Shown here one piece after another: positions 45,344 through 54,724 of a stretch of DNA of 64,000 nucleotides (its first letter is position 1; the number at the start of each line of letters is the position of its first letter). The notes under the pieces are model-generated. The model did not search any database. It saw only the letters and a program-made list of their open reading frames with translations, and was not told the origin of the DNA. Position numbers and translations under genes: made by a program. Source of the stretch: Myxococcales bacterium (GTDB lineage: Bacteria > Myxococcota > Myxococcia > Myxococcales > JAKAPL01). The stretch is taken from assembly GCA_021807105.1 (NCBI GenBank), contig JAKAPL010000003.1:13017-77016 (forward strand), in the 5' to 3' direction.

Positions 45344-46402
45344 ATGAGGCTTTCCGGGTGGAATCTGGCCGTGGCGGCGTCGCTCGCGGCGGCGGGGTGC
45401 AGTGGCGGCAACGGCAATGGCGGAAACGGCGCCGGGACGGACGCTGGTCCCGTGGCTCAGCAGTCGGTGACCGCGGCGGCGGGAGGCACGGTGACCGTCT
45501 CCTCCGCGCAGGACGAGAACCTCGCGGGCGTCTCGGTCACGATTCCGGCCGGCGCGCTCGCGCAAGACACCACGATCACCGTCACCGAGGGGGCTCCGCT
45601 CTCCCTCCCGGCCGGGAGCAAGTCGGTGACGCCGGTCGTGGACCTCGGCCCCGCCGGGACCAAGTTCGCAAAGCCGGTGACGATCACGCTGCCGTTCCTC
45701 GCAGGCGAGGCGAACACGAGCGACCTCTCGGCGGTCGGCGTCGAGGCGGACGGGACCACGACGGTCTACGCGGGTTCGGCCCTGACGGTGGGCGCGACGA
45801 CCCTCGCATTCAACGTCTCGGGCTTCACCCGCTTCGGCGGCGTCTCGGGGCCGCCGTGCCCGAACGGCAACGCCTGCACCGGCTGCAACGGCACGGAGAC
45901 CTGCCCGCCGGCCGCGGGAGTATGCCCGACGCAGCCTTGCCAGTCGAGCAGCTCCGGCGGCGGCAGCTCCGGAAGCAGCTCCTCGGGCAACTCCGGAAGC
46001 AGCAGCTCAGGGAGCAGCTCCTCCTCGGGGAGCAGCTCTGGTGGGAGCACGACCAGCTCGGGCGGGACCACGTCGGCAGGCTGCATCGGCTGCCAGAAGG
46101 ACAGCGACTGCCCGAACTACCAGTTCTGCCTCAACTTCCAGAACGCGACCGATGGTCAGGACTGGACGGGTCCCTTGAGCTTCTGCGCGACCATCACGAC
46201 CGGCACCTGCCCCTCCGGAACGACCACCCAGGACGTCGGGAGCAGCCAGTTCTGTGGCGTCTCCTGCACCGGGGGTGGACAGCCGAGCGGCTGCGCGAGC
46301 GCCATCGTCCTGCCCGACGGCGGTATGGGCGGCTGGAACGCCGGCTACTGCGTGTCGGTGGGGACCTACCCGTCGTTCTGCGCGGTCTGCACGCAGCAGT
46401 AG
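45344..46402 (+). CDS. lipoprotein with Ser/Gly linker and Cys-rich C-terminal module
   Basis: Start at MRLSGWNLAVAASLAAAGC|SG with SD GGGAGGAG. It has an SSSGGGSSGSSSSGNSGSSSSGSSSSSGSSSGG linker and CIGCQKDSDCPNYQFC. Confidence 0.75.
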   Translation: MRLSGWNLAVAASLAAAGCSGGNGNGGNGAGTDAGPVAQQSVTAAAGGTVTVSSAQDENLAGVSVTIPAGALAQDTTITVTEGAPLSLPAGSKSVTPVVDLGPAGTKFAKPVTITLPFLAGEANTSDLSAVGVEADGTTTVYAGSALTVGATTLAFNVSGFTRFGGVSGPPCPNGNACTGCNGTETCPPAAGVCPTQPCQSSSSGGGSSGSSSSGNSGSSSSGSSSSSGSSSGGSTTSSGGTTSAGCIGCQKDSDCPNYQFCLNFQNATDGQDWTGPLSFCATITTGTCPSGTTTQDVGSSQFCGVSCTGGGQPSGCASAIVLPDGGMGGWNAGYCVSVGTYPSFCAVCTQQ

Positions 46403-46426
46403 CCGCCCGGCGAAACCACGGGCAGC
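46402..46426 (+). terminator. candidate intrinsic terminator
   Basis: GCCGCCCG-GCGAAACCA-CGGGCAGC followed by GGTTTGGG, immediately after the stop of gene 45344..46402. Confidence 0.3.
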
Positions 46427-46441
46427 GGTTTGGGCGCGCCC

Positions 46442-46469
46442 TTGACTCGTTCGGGGGCGCGTCTATAAC
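46442..46469 (+). promoter_or_regulatory. candidate sigma70-type promoter of ilvE
   Basis: TTGACT-16 nt-TATAAC, about 90 nt upstream of the ilvE ATG. Confidence 0.45.
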
Positions 46470-46558
46470 CTGCCGGCGTGCAGATCGACCGGCCGGTCTC
46501 GACGCAGCTACCCGAACCGCCCGAAGGGGGGCCCACCCCTCACCGGAAGGCACGGAAC

Positions 46559-47482
46559 ATGGCGGAGACGCGCACGCCCGATAGGGTCTGGCTGGACGGC
46601 AAGCTGGTCGGCATGGACGAGGCCCGGTTTCCCCTCCTCACCCATAGCCTCCATTACGGTCTCGGCGTCTTCGAGGGGATCCGTTGCTACCGCTGCGAAG
46701 ATGGCCGTTCGGCCGTCTTTCGGCTGCGCGAGCACGTCCACCGGCTGTTCGAATCGGCGCACATCTGCCTGATGGACATGCCATTCCCGGAAGCCGAGGT
46801 CGTCGAGGCTTGCCTCGCGGTCCTGCGCGAGAACGGGATGGCCGAAGGCTACGTGCGGCCCATCGCCTTCCTGGGGGACGGCGCGATGGGGGTCGGCTCG
46901 GTCAATCCGACCCGCGTGGCGGTGGCGGCCTGGTACTGGGCCGCCTACCTCGGGGAGGAAGGTATCAAGCGGGGGATCCGGACGAAGATCTCGTCGCTCA
47001 CCCGAATGACGGCGAACGGGGCCATGGTCCGGGGCAAGATCACCGGGCAGTACGTCAACTCCATCCTCGCCAAGCGCGAGGCGTTGCTCGGCGGGTACGA
47101 CGAGGCGATCCTGCTCGACCAGAACGGGCTCGTCGCCGAGGGGTCCGGCGAGAACATCTTCATGGTCTCCGGCGGGACGCTCTGCACCCCCCCGCTCACC
47201 TCGCCGATCCTCGCCGGCGTGACCCGCGACACGGTCCTGCGCCTGGCCCGCGACCGAGGCTATCCGGTCGAAGAGCGGACGTTCACCCGGGACTCGCTCT
47301 ACACCGCCGACGAGGCGTTCTTCTCCGGGACCGCGGCCGAGATCACCCCCATCCGCGAGGTCGACAACCGGAGGATCGGGGATGGCCGGCCGGGGCCGAT
47401 CACGCGCGCGCTCCAGGATCTGTTCTTCCGGGTAACCCGCGCGCGAGAGCCGCGCTACCACGAGTGGCTGACCTTCCGGTAG
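46559..47482 (+). CDS. ilvE: branched-chain amino acid aminotransferase (class IV)
   Basis: Start at MAETRTPDRVWLDGKLV with SD GGAAGG. YGLGVFEGIRCY and EGSGENIFMVSGGTLCTPPLTSPILAGVTRD. Confidence 0.9.
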   Translation: MAETRTPDRVWLDGKLVGMDEARFPLLTHSLHYGLGVFEGIRCYRCEDGRSAVFRLREHVHRLFESAHICLMDMPFPEAEVVEACLAVLRENGMAEGYVRPIAFLGDGAMGVGSVNPTRVAVAAWYWAAYLGEEGIKRGIRTKISSLTRMTANGAMVRGKITGQYVNSILAKREALLGGYDEAILLDQNGLVAEGSGENIFMVSGGTLCTPPLTSPILAGVTRDTVLRLARDRGYPVEERTFTRDSLYTADEAFFSGTAAEITPIREVDNRRIGDGRPGPITRALQDLFFRVTRAREPRYHEWLTFR

Positions 47483-47490
47483 TCGAGGAG

Positions 47491-48768
47491 GTGCCGGCGC
47501 TCGGGTTCGCCCCGCCTGAGCCGCGCAGCATCGAGGAGACCGGGCTCACCCAGGCGTTCCTGGTGAGCCTCACGCTCAAGCACCTGTACGCGGAGGGGCT
47601 CGACTCGGGCCTTCAGCTCTCGCGGGCCCTGCACCTTCCCTGGGGCGGGGTGATGGACCAGGTCTTCGACTTCCTCGCCCAGGAGCAGTTCGTCGAGCTG
47701 CGCGGCGGCAAGGGCTTCGGCCGGGCGTCGGTGACCTTCTCTCTGACGATGAAGGGGCGGGAGGCGGCGCGGGAGGCCATGGCCCGCTCCGGGTACGCGG
47801 GGCCAGCGCCCGTACCTCTCGCCCAGTACACGGCGCAGGTGATCGCCCAGAGCACCGAGCCGCGCCGGATCGACCGGGCGGCGATCGAGGCCGTGACCTC
47901 GCATCTCGTCCTCGAGCCGGAGGTGCTCGACGCCCTGGGACCCGCCGTCGCGTCGGCCCGCGCGCTCTTCCTCTTCGGCGACCCCGGCAACGGCAAGACC
48001 GCGCTCGCCGAGGCGCTGTCGCAGGCGCAGGGCGGAGCGGTCGCCATCCCCTACGCCGTTGAGATCGACGGCCAGGTGATCGTCGTCTACGATCATGCCT
48101 GGCACGTGCCGCTCGAGCCGGCGGCGGATGGAGCCGGCGATGGGATCGATCAGCGGTGGGTCCCCTGCCGCCGGCCGTTCCTGGTGGTCGGGGGCGAGCT
48201 GACGCTCGACATGCTGGACCTCGCGCACAACCGCCTCTCAAACGTCTACGAGGCGCCCTGCCACATGAAGGCCAACGGCGGCATGCTCTTGGTCGACGAC
48301 TTCGGCCGGCAGCGGGTCGAGGCGCGGGCGATGCTCAACCGCTGGATCATCCCGCTGGAGAAGCGGGTGGACCTGCTCGCACTGCAGACGGGCCGCAAGT
48401 TCGAGGTGCCGATGGAGGAATTCATCGTCTTCTCGACGAACCTCGACCCGCAGTCCCTGGTGGACGAGGCGTTCCTTCGCCGGATCAAGTACAAGGTCCA
48501 CCTACCCGATCCCGACGAGGGGGGCTTCCGCGAGATCTTCCGCCGCCTCTGCGCCGCCCAGGGGATCCGATACGACGATCGGGCGATCGACTGGCTGATG
48601 GAGAACGAGTATCGGGTCCATAACCGGCCGCTGCGGGCCTGCCACCCCCGCGACCTGCTGCAGATCGCGAGCGACATCGCCGCGTTCATGGGCAGGGAGC
48701 CAGCGCTCTCGGCCGGCCTACTGGACCAGGCGCGCGGCCTCTACTTCGCCGCCGTCCACGGGGGCTGA
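47491..48768 (+). CDS. AAA+ ATPase with N-terminal winged-helix-like domain, function unknown
   Basis: Walker A GDPGNGKT, Walker B GGMLLVDDFG, sensor region FIVFSTNLDPQSLVDEAFLRRI. The start is ambiguous (GTG 47491 or GTG 47464, which overlaps ilvE). Confidence 0.7.
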   Translation: MPALGFAPPEPRSIEETGLTQAFLVSLTLKHLYAEGLDSGLQLSRALHLPWGGVMDQVFDFLAQEQFVELRGGKGFGRASVTFSLTMKGREAAREAMARSGYAGPAPVPLAQYTAQVIAQSTEPRRIDRAAIEAVTSHLVLEPEVLDALGPAVASARALFLFGDPGNGKTALAEALSQAQGGAVAIPYAVEIDGQVIVVYDHAWHVPLEPAADGAGDGIDQRWVPCRRPFLVVGGELTLDMLDLAHNRLSNVYEAPCHMKANGGMLLVDDFGRQRVEARAMLNRWIIPLEKRVDLLALQTGRKFEVPMEEFIVFSTNLDPQSLVDEAFLRRIKYKVHLPDPDEGGFREIFRRLCAAQGIRYDDRAIDWLMENEYRVHNRPLRACHPRDLLQIASDIAAFMGREPALSAGLLDQARGLYFAAVHGG

Positions 48769-49923
48769 CGCTCCGAGGAGCAGCGCCGCCACGCGCTCGG
48801 AGGCGCCGGGGCCGCCGAGCTTTTCGCGGACCTCCTGGTAGCCGGCGAGCAGCTCGGCGCGCCGGCCCGCGTCGCGCCAGACCCCGCGCAGGGCCTCGGC
48901 CATCGCCGCCGGTTTGGCCGCGCCCTGGAGCAACTCGGGGACGAGACGCCGGCCGGCGAGGAGGTTGACGATCGCCACGTGCGCAACGCGCACGAGCAGG
49001 CGCCCGACGAGCCAGGAGAGCCAGGAGACGCGATAGACGACGACCATCGGACGGCCGGCGAGCAGCGTCTCGAGGGTCGCGGTCCCGCTCGCCACCAGCG
49101 CGGCGTCGGCGGCGGCGAGGACCTCGGCGGTCTTCCCGCTCACGAGGCGCACGGGGAGTCGGCGGCCAGCGGCGAGCCGCGCGAGCCGGCCGGCGTCGAC
49201 CGTCGGCGCGACCGGGACGATGGCCTGGAGCGGCCCCTGCGCGGCGAGCTGCTCGGCGGCCGCCAGCATCGCGGGGAAGAGCCGCTCGACCTCGCGCTCG
49301 CGGCTGCCCGGCAGGAGGGCGACGGCCGGCAGCGACGGGTCGGCGCCGAGCGCGGCGCGGGCGGCCGGTCCCTCGGCGGTGGGTCGCGGTGTCTCGATCA
49401 GGGGATTGCCGACGTAGGTCGCCCGCACGCCCCGCTCGCGCAGGAAAGGCTCCTCGAACGGGTAGATGCAGCACAGCTCGTCCACGCACGCCGCGATCCG
49501 GCGCGTGCGCCCCGGCCGCCAGGCCCAGACCATCGGGCTCACGTAGTAGACGACGCGGATGCCCGCCGCCTTGAGGCGCCGGGCGAGCCGCAGGTTGAAG
49601 TCCGGCAAGTCGACGAGCAGCGCCGCGTCCGGCCGGCGCTCGCGCGCGAGCCGGGAGAGGCCGCGGAGGGCCGCGAGGATGCCCGGGAGCCGGCCCAGGA
49701 CCTCGGTGATGCCCATGACCGCGACCTCGCGGGCGTCGTAGATCGTCTCGACGCCCGCCGCGCGGGCATCATCACCGCCCATGCCGAAGAAGCGGGCGCC
49801 GGGGACGCGGCGCCGGACCGCGCGGACCGCGGCCGCGGCGAGCAGGTCGCCCGAAGCCTCGCCCGCGACGACGAGGAAGTTCGGTGCGTCGCCGATCCCT
49901 CCTCCCGCTTCTCGGTTAGCCAC
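48718..49923 (-). CDS. lpxB: lipid-A-disaccharide synthase
   Basis: 401 aa, GTG start. FLVVAGEASGDLLAA...FFGMGG..., DLPDFNLRLA and YYVSPMVWAWR. Confidence 0.9.
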   Translation of the reverse strand: MANREAGGGIGDAPNFLVVAGEASGDLLAAAAVRAVRRRVPGARFFGMGGDDARAAGVETIYDAREVAVMGITEVLGRLPGILAALRGLSRLARERRPDAALLVDLPDFNLRLARRLKAAGIRVVYYVSPMVWAWRPGRTRRIAACVDELCCIYPFEEPFLRERGVRATYVGNPLIETPRPTAEGPAARAALGADPSLPAVALLPGSREREVERLFPAMLAAAEQLAAQGPLQAIVPVAPTVDAGRLARLAAGRRLPVRLVSGKTAEVLAAADAALVASGTATLETLLAGRPMVVVYRVSWLSWLVGRLLVRVAHVAIVNLLAGRRLVPELLQGAAKPAAMAEALRGVWRDAGRRAELLAGYQEVREKLGGPGASERVAALLLGASAPVDGGEVEAARLVQ

Positions 49924-50743
49924 GCAGCCCCACGACGCTCACCCGCGCCTTCCCGGCCGCTGCCCGCAGCTCCTCGCGGTCGAGCACGATCGTCGTGCCT
50001 GCTTCCACGGCCAAGAGCCCTGCCCCCGCCTCCGCCATCACGGCAATGGTCGCCGGCCCGATCGCGGGCAGGTCGAAGCGGCGGTCCTGGCCCGGCTTGC
50101 TGCTCTTGACGATCACGGCGTGTTCGGCGAGCGTCCCGGCGCGGCGGATGCAGGCGTCGGTTCCCTCCATCGCCTCCACCGCGAGCACCGCGCCGTCGCG
50201 GACCGCGACGGTCTGGCCGACGTCCGCCGCCCCGAGGATTCGGGCGACGCGGACGCCCTCCGCGGCGTCGGACAGCTCCGCCGGCGTGGGCGGACGTCCC
50301 GCGACGAGCCCTGCCTCGGCGAAGCAGCCGTCGAGCAGCCCGTGGGGCGCGACGATCTCGAGGCCCTGGCCGGCGAACCACCCGGCGATCGCCCGCAGGA
50401 GTCCGTCGTCTCCCCGCGCGCGCGTCGCCGCCACCAGCTTGAGCGCGGCGAGGTCCGGACGGGCGCCCGAGAACCACCCGGCCTTGCGCAGGCCGCCGGC
50501 CAGGATCGCGCGCGAGGCGCCCCCCTCGCGCAGCGCCTTCGCGATCCTGCCGAGCTGGCCGAGCCGCACCCAGGTGCAGGCGTCCACCTCGTGTTCCAAC
50601 GCCGGGTCGGTCTCTCCGTGATGAGCCGCGGCGATGACCCGCAGCCCCCGGGCCCGCGCCGCGCGGGCGAGCGTGAACGGCAGCCGCCCGCTGCCCGCGA
50701 GCAGGCCGATGACCTCGGGGACGGGCGGCGCGACTTGATCCAT
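49916..50743 (-). CDS. lpxI: UDP-2,3-diacylglucosamine diphosphatase LpxI (DUF1009 family)
   Basis: Start at MDQVAPPVPEVIGLLAGSGRLP. GDDGLLRAI..., DVGQTVAVRDGAVLAVEAMEGTDACIRRAG and FDLPAIGPATI. Overlaps lpxB by 8 nt (GTGGCTAA). Confidence 0.8.
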   Translation of the reverse strand: MDQVAPPVPEVIGLLAGSGRLPFTLARAARARGLRVIAAAHHGETDPALEHEVDACTWVRLGQLGRIAKALREGGASRAILAGGLRKAGWFSGARPDLAALKLVAATRARGDDGLLRAIAGWFAGQGLEIVAPHGLLDGCFAEAGLVAGRPPTPAELSDAAEGVRVARILGAADVGQTVAVRDGAVLAVEAMEGTDACIRRAGTLAEHAVIVKSSKPGQDRRFDLPAIGPATIAVMAEAGAGLLAVEAGTTIVLDREELRAAAGKARVSVVGLRG

Positions 50744-50798
50744 GCTCGACGGTTGCGCATAGTACGCCCCCGCCGGCTCGCCGGCCAAGGAGGCCCTG

Positions 50799-52049
50799 AT
50801 GGTTCGCTCGTTCTCCGCCGCCGCGGCGGCCACGCTCGTCCTCGCCGCCTGCTGCGGCAAGCCCCTCGTGCCCCAGCAGGCGACGACCTCGGGCGCCATC
50901 GGCGTCGCCCAGGTGACCGTCTCCGGCAAGCAGCAGCAACTCCTCTTCGTCCCGCAGCCGAGCCTCGATGGGAACGGCGTGCCGTGGGTCGCCATTCTCG
51001 ACGCCGCCTACGACGGGACGAGCAAGCCGCTGCTCGGCACGGTCGAGCTGACCGGCCACGCCGACCTGAGCCTCCCGACCGCGGCGGCCGCGAGCCCGAC
51101 CGCGGTCGTCGTGGTCGGGGCCAAGAGCCCCTACGTCGATTTCATCGATCCCGTGGCGGGAACCGTCCAGGCGACCGTGACGCTGCCGGACGCGGTCCGG
51201 AAGGACGAGGCGACGAGTTACAGCGGCGCGGGGGGACTCGCGACCGGCGTCGTCCTCGACCCGGCGGGAAACCGCGCGTGGATCTCCGTGCCGACCGGCT
51301 TCCTACCCATCGACCTCTCGTCCCACCAGTTCGGCGCGCTCGTCGCCGCTGCCCCCGCGGAGAGCTTCGCCTACTGGCCGCAAAAAGGCTTCCTGCTCGC
51401 GCCTTTCTACTCGTGCTCCGCCTGCCCGGCGAGCACCCCCGGCGGGGGGCTCCAAGTTGTCGACACAGGCAAGGGCACGGTGCGCTTCCTGGGCGGCGCC
51501 GACGGCGGCATGCCGGTCGGGCTCGCGCCGGGCGCGGCCGACGTGGACCCAGCGACCGGCGTGGCGCTCGTCGCCGACGACCAGGCCGGAACGCTGTACA
51601 CGGTCAACCTGAGCACGGCCGCCGGAGACGGCCCGGCCGGGACGATCATGGCGCCGGTCGGGCAGGTCGCGGGCGCGACCAACTACACCGGGGTCGCCGT
51701 CGATCCGTCGGGCCACCGCGCGCTGCTCGAACAGGCAGCTTCGACCGGCGTCGCGCTCGTCGTCCTCCCGCAGCAAGCAGGGAGCGGCGCGATCGACCCC
51801 GGCGTCGTCGTGACGGCGGACATGCCGAGCCCGGGGGGGGAGAGTTGGACGAACTCGGGGAACCCGCCGGGGCTCGCCGTCACCATCGGCCTCTCCTCGC
51901 AACAGCCGGTCGGCTTCGTCTCCGGCAATGGGGGGAGCGTGGTCGCGCGCATCGATCTCGACGCCTTCGCCCAGGCACAGCCCAAGGGCGGCGCGGTCGA
52001 CGCGGAGACTTTCCTCCCGCTCGTGACGTTCATCCCGGCCCACAACTAG
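50799..52049 (+). CDS. secreted lipoprotein, possible beta-propeller
   Basis: 416 aa. Lipobox LVLAAC|CG and repeated strand-rich segments. No catalytic motif recognised. Confidence 0.6.
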   Translation: MVRSFSAAAAATLVLAACCGKPLVPQQATTSGAIGVAQVTVSGKQQQLLFVPQPSLDGNGVPWVAILDAAYDGTSKPLLGTVELTGHADLSLPTAAAASPTAVVVVGAKSPYVDFIDPVAGTVQATVTLPDAVRKDEATSYSGAGGLATGVVLDPAGNRAWISVPTGFLPIDLSSHQFGALVAAAPAESFAYWPQKGFLLAPFYSCSACPASTPGGGLQVVDTGKGTVRFLGGADGGMPVGLAPGAADVDPATGVALVADDQAGTLYTVNLSTAAGDGPAGTIMAPVGQVAGATNYTGVAVDPSGHRALLEQAASTGVALVVLPQQAGSGAIDPGVVVTADMPSPGGESWTNSGNPPGLAVTIGLSSQQPVGFVSGNGGSVVARIDLDAFAQAQPKGGAVDAETFLPLVTFIPAHN

Positions 52050-52135
52050 CGTCCGGTCCGAGAAATCCCTTGGCATCCGGGCACCCTCGCCGGAAGCTGC
52101 GGTAGTCCGAGGACGGGGAGGTCCGTGGTTCGCCC

Positions 52136-54178
52136 CTACCCACGGCAGCCGGGAGGCAGGTCCGAAGCCGAGAAGAACGTGTAGTCCCGGCAGTCGTCGG
52201 GCGCGGGCGGGCGGGGCGGGGGGATCGCGTGGTTGACGGGCGGCAGGCGGCGCAGCCAGGCGATCAGGGCGCGAACGTCCTCCTCCTCCAGGTTCGCGAA
52301 GAGGTCCCAGGGCATCGCCTGCCAGTGGAGCGGCCGGCCGTCGCGAGCCATGCCGCTGCGAATCGCCCGGGCGATCTGCGCGTCGCTCCAGCGGCCCAGC
52401 CCCGTCTCGCGATCGGGCGTGACGTTCGGGACGTAGATCGTCCCCGAGACCTTCCATGAGAGCTTGGCCCCACCGCGGCCGTCCGCGCCGTGGCAATAGA
52501 CGCAGGAGGCCGTCTCCCAGAGGTGGCGGCCGCGGGCGGCGAGCGCCGAATCCCAGGGCGTCATGCGGGTCGGATCGATCTTGGGGACCGCGGACAAGAG
52601 CGGGTTCGCGATCGTCGCGGGAGGGATGAGCGGGGGCGACGGCAACCACGCGACGAGGTCCACGGCGAACGCGAGCATGGCGAGTCCCGCGAGCGCGAGC
52701 GTCCGGCGCGCCCAGCCTCCAAACGCCCGGGGACGGCGCCCCCCGAAGAGGAAGGCGAGGGTAAAGAGGACAAGGACGGCGCTCTCGCAGCCGGCGAGCC
52801 GGCGTTCGATTGGGCGTGCGTTCGCGACCCCCGAGAAGTCGCCGTCGAGATAGACGAGCCGCGGGGGGATCGCGGCGGGCAGGCCGAAGAAGCTCTTCGC
52901 GAGCGCTGATTCGATCACGCCGTAGCGCACGCTCTCCGGGACGGGGTGGGAGAGCGGCGGGAGCTTCTTGAGCCAGCGCGCGAGTCCGTGGGCGTCCTCC
53001 TCGCTGAAGGCGTGGAAGACCATCCACGGCATCCCCCACGTCGAGAGGACCTCGGAGCCCCGGCGTCCGTCGCGGAGGATCCGCGCGATCTCGGACTCGG
53101 AGAGCCGCGCCAGGCCAGTCCGCGGATCGGAGGTCAGGTTGCGGCTGACGAAGTCGCCGTGCGGGTAGGCGCGCATGGCCATCCCCCCCGCGAACCGCCG
53201 GTCGTCACGGTAGATGCCGGTCGCGCCGATTGGCGTGTGGCAGCGTTGGCAGATCTCGACGCGTGAGAGGTACTCGCCGCGGCGCAGCAGGTCGGGCGTG
53301 ACGCCGAGGCCGCGCAGCCTCCCGCCGGGCGCCCAGGGCGCGGGCCAGGCGAGCGAGACGACGTAGTTCGACAGATCCCACCGCTCTCGCGGGGTCGCCG
53401 CCGCCGCGTACGAGGGCATCGGCCCGGGCACGATGCCGGCCGTCAGCCGCACCCAGACGTGCGCCGCGTCCGAGCCGCCGTGGAAGGTCCAGGGCTGCCC
53501 GAGGTCGGGCGCGAACGTCGCGTGGCCGGCGAGGGGCGGCTCCTCGGCTGCGGGAGTCGGGCTCCCTTCGCACGGGAAGACACGCCGCTCATGGCCGTCG
53601 TCACCGTGACAGGAGGCGCAGCGCATTTCCCCATAGAGCACCTCGCCGCGCGCGACGCTCGCCCTATCGCCGGGAGAGGACGGGATCGCGAGCGGCGTGG
53701 GGTCGGTCCCGTCGATGCCCGCGAGCTTCTCCACGTAAGCGACGACCGCAGAGATCTCCTCGGGCTTCAACACGTCCGAGAAGTAGGGCATCGGACTCGC
53801 GGGGAGCCCGTCCCGGACGATCCGGACGAGGTCCTCGCGGGTCGGGGGCTCCCCCTGGGCGGTGGACTTGAACTTGAACTCGCCTTGCGTGAAGTCGCGC
53901 GGCGGAGTGCGCAGCGACGGGGCGGCGGGTCCGTTCCCGCGGCCCGCCGGTCCGTGGCAGACGGCGCAGCGCGACCGGTAGAGGCGCTCGCCGAGCGGAG
54001 CGTCCGCCCGCGTGCCGGAGCCCGGCGGCCACGCCAGTTCCTCGGCGACGTCCGGCGTTGGCCCCCAGCGCTCGTGAGGCTTCCGGTAGGCCCGCCATGC
54101 GATCCAGGAACGCCCGGCGTCGAGCAGGCCGAAGAGCAGCAGCGCGGCGGCCGCGACCTTCGCCCGCGAGAGGGCCAT
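52136..54178 (-). CDS. membrane-bound tetra-haem c-type cytochrome
   Basis: 680 aa. Four CxxCH motifs (CAVCHG, CASCHG, CQRCHT, CVYCHG), an N-terminal TM anchor, and two central TM helices. Confidence 0.8.
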   Translation of the reverse strand: MALSRAKVAAAALLLFGLLDAGRSWIAWRAYRKPHERWGPTPDVAEELAWPPGSGTRADAPLGERLYRSRCAVCHGPAGRGNGPAAPSLRTPPRDFTQGEFKFKSTAQGEPPTREDLVRIVRDGLPASPMPYFSDVLKPEEISAVVAYVEKLAGIDGTDPTPLAIPSSPGDRASVARGEVLYGEMRCASCHGDDGHERRVFPCEGSPTPAAEEPPLAGHATFAPDLGQPWTFHGGSDAAHVWVRLTAGIVPGPMPSYAAAATPRERWDLSNYVVSLAWPAPWAPGGRLRGLGVTPDLLRRGEYLSRVEICQRCHTPIGATGIYRDDRRFAGGMAMRAYPHGDFVSRNLTSDPRTGLARLSESEIARILRDGRRGSEVLSTWGMPWMVFHAFSEEDAHGLARWLKKLPPLSHPVPESVRYGVIESALAKSFFGLPAAIPPRLVYLDGDFSGVANARPIERRLAGCESAVLVLFTLAFLFGGRRPRAFGGWARRTLALAGLAMLAFAVDLVAWLPSPPLIPPATIANPLLSAVPKIDPTRMTPWDSALAARGRHLWETASCVYCHGADGRGGAKLSWKVSGTIYVPNVTPDRETGLGRWSDAQIARAIRSGMARDGRPLHWQAMPWDLFANLEEEDVRALIAWLRRLPPVNHAIPPPRPPAPDDCRDYTFFSASDLPPGCRG

Positions 54179-54181
54179 GGC

Positions 54182-54721
54182 TCACGGTCCGGTCTCGACC
54201 CGGGCCTTGAGCGCCTTGATCGCGGCGAGCGCCGAGGCGACGTTGACGCCGACGGTCACGGTCTGCTGCGAATCCTCGAACGTGGTCACGAGCTTGGAGA
54301 AGTTGCGTGTGGCAATCGTGTAGTGGACCCGCGCGCGCGCATCGCCCGCCGCCAAGATCCGCCAGTCGCAGGTCGAGTCGCGCAGGTCACCGGCAACCCA
54401 GCGGCCATGAATCTCACGGCGGGCGGGGTCGAGCACGTAGCGGAAGGTGTAGCGTTCGTTGCGCCCTGGGAAGGGGATGGCGATCTCGAAGCGGACATCG
54501 ACCTCGTTGGGTCCCCGCGGCGTCGGCGTGCTCGCGACGAGCTTGGGCATGAAAGTCCGGTGGCCGGCGAAGTCGCTCGTCACCCTCCAGACGGCGTCGG
54601 CCGGCCGGGCGATCTCCACGATCGCCGTCGCGCTCGCGAAGCGACCGACGGCGTCGGACTCGACGAGCACCAGCGGCCCCCGCTCCAGAAGCTCGCTCAG
54701 CTCGCCGCTGTCCTGGCCCAC
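54182..54721 (-). CDS. SRPBCC (START/polyketide-cyclase-like) family protein
   Basis: 179 aa. ATAIVEIARPADAVWRVTSDFAGHRTFMP... has the layout typical of the SRPBCC fold. It sits 3 nt upstream of the cytochrome gene. Confidence 0.5.
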   Translation of the reverse strand: MGQDSGELSELLERGPLVLVESDAVGRFASATAIVEIARPADAVWRVTSDFAGHRTFMPKLVASTPTPRGPNEVDVRFEIAIPFPGRNERYTFRYVLDPARREIHGRWVAGDLRDSTCDWRILAAGDARARVHYTIATRNFSKLVTTFEDSQQTVTVGVNVASALAAIKALKARVETGP

Positions 54722-54724
54722 GCC

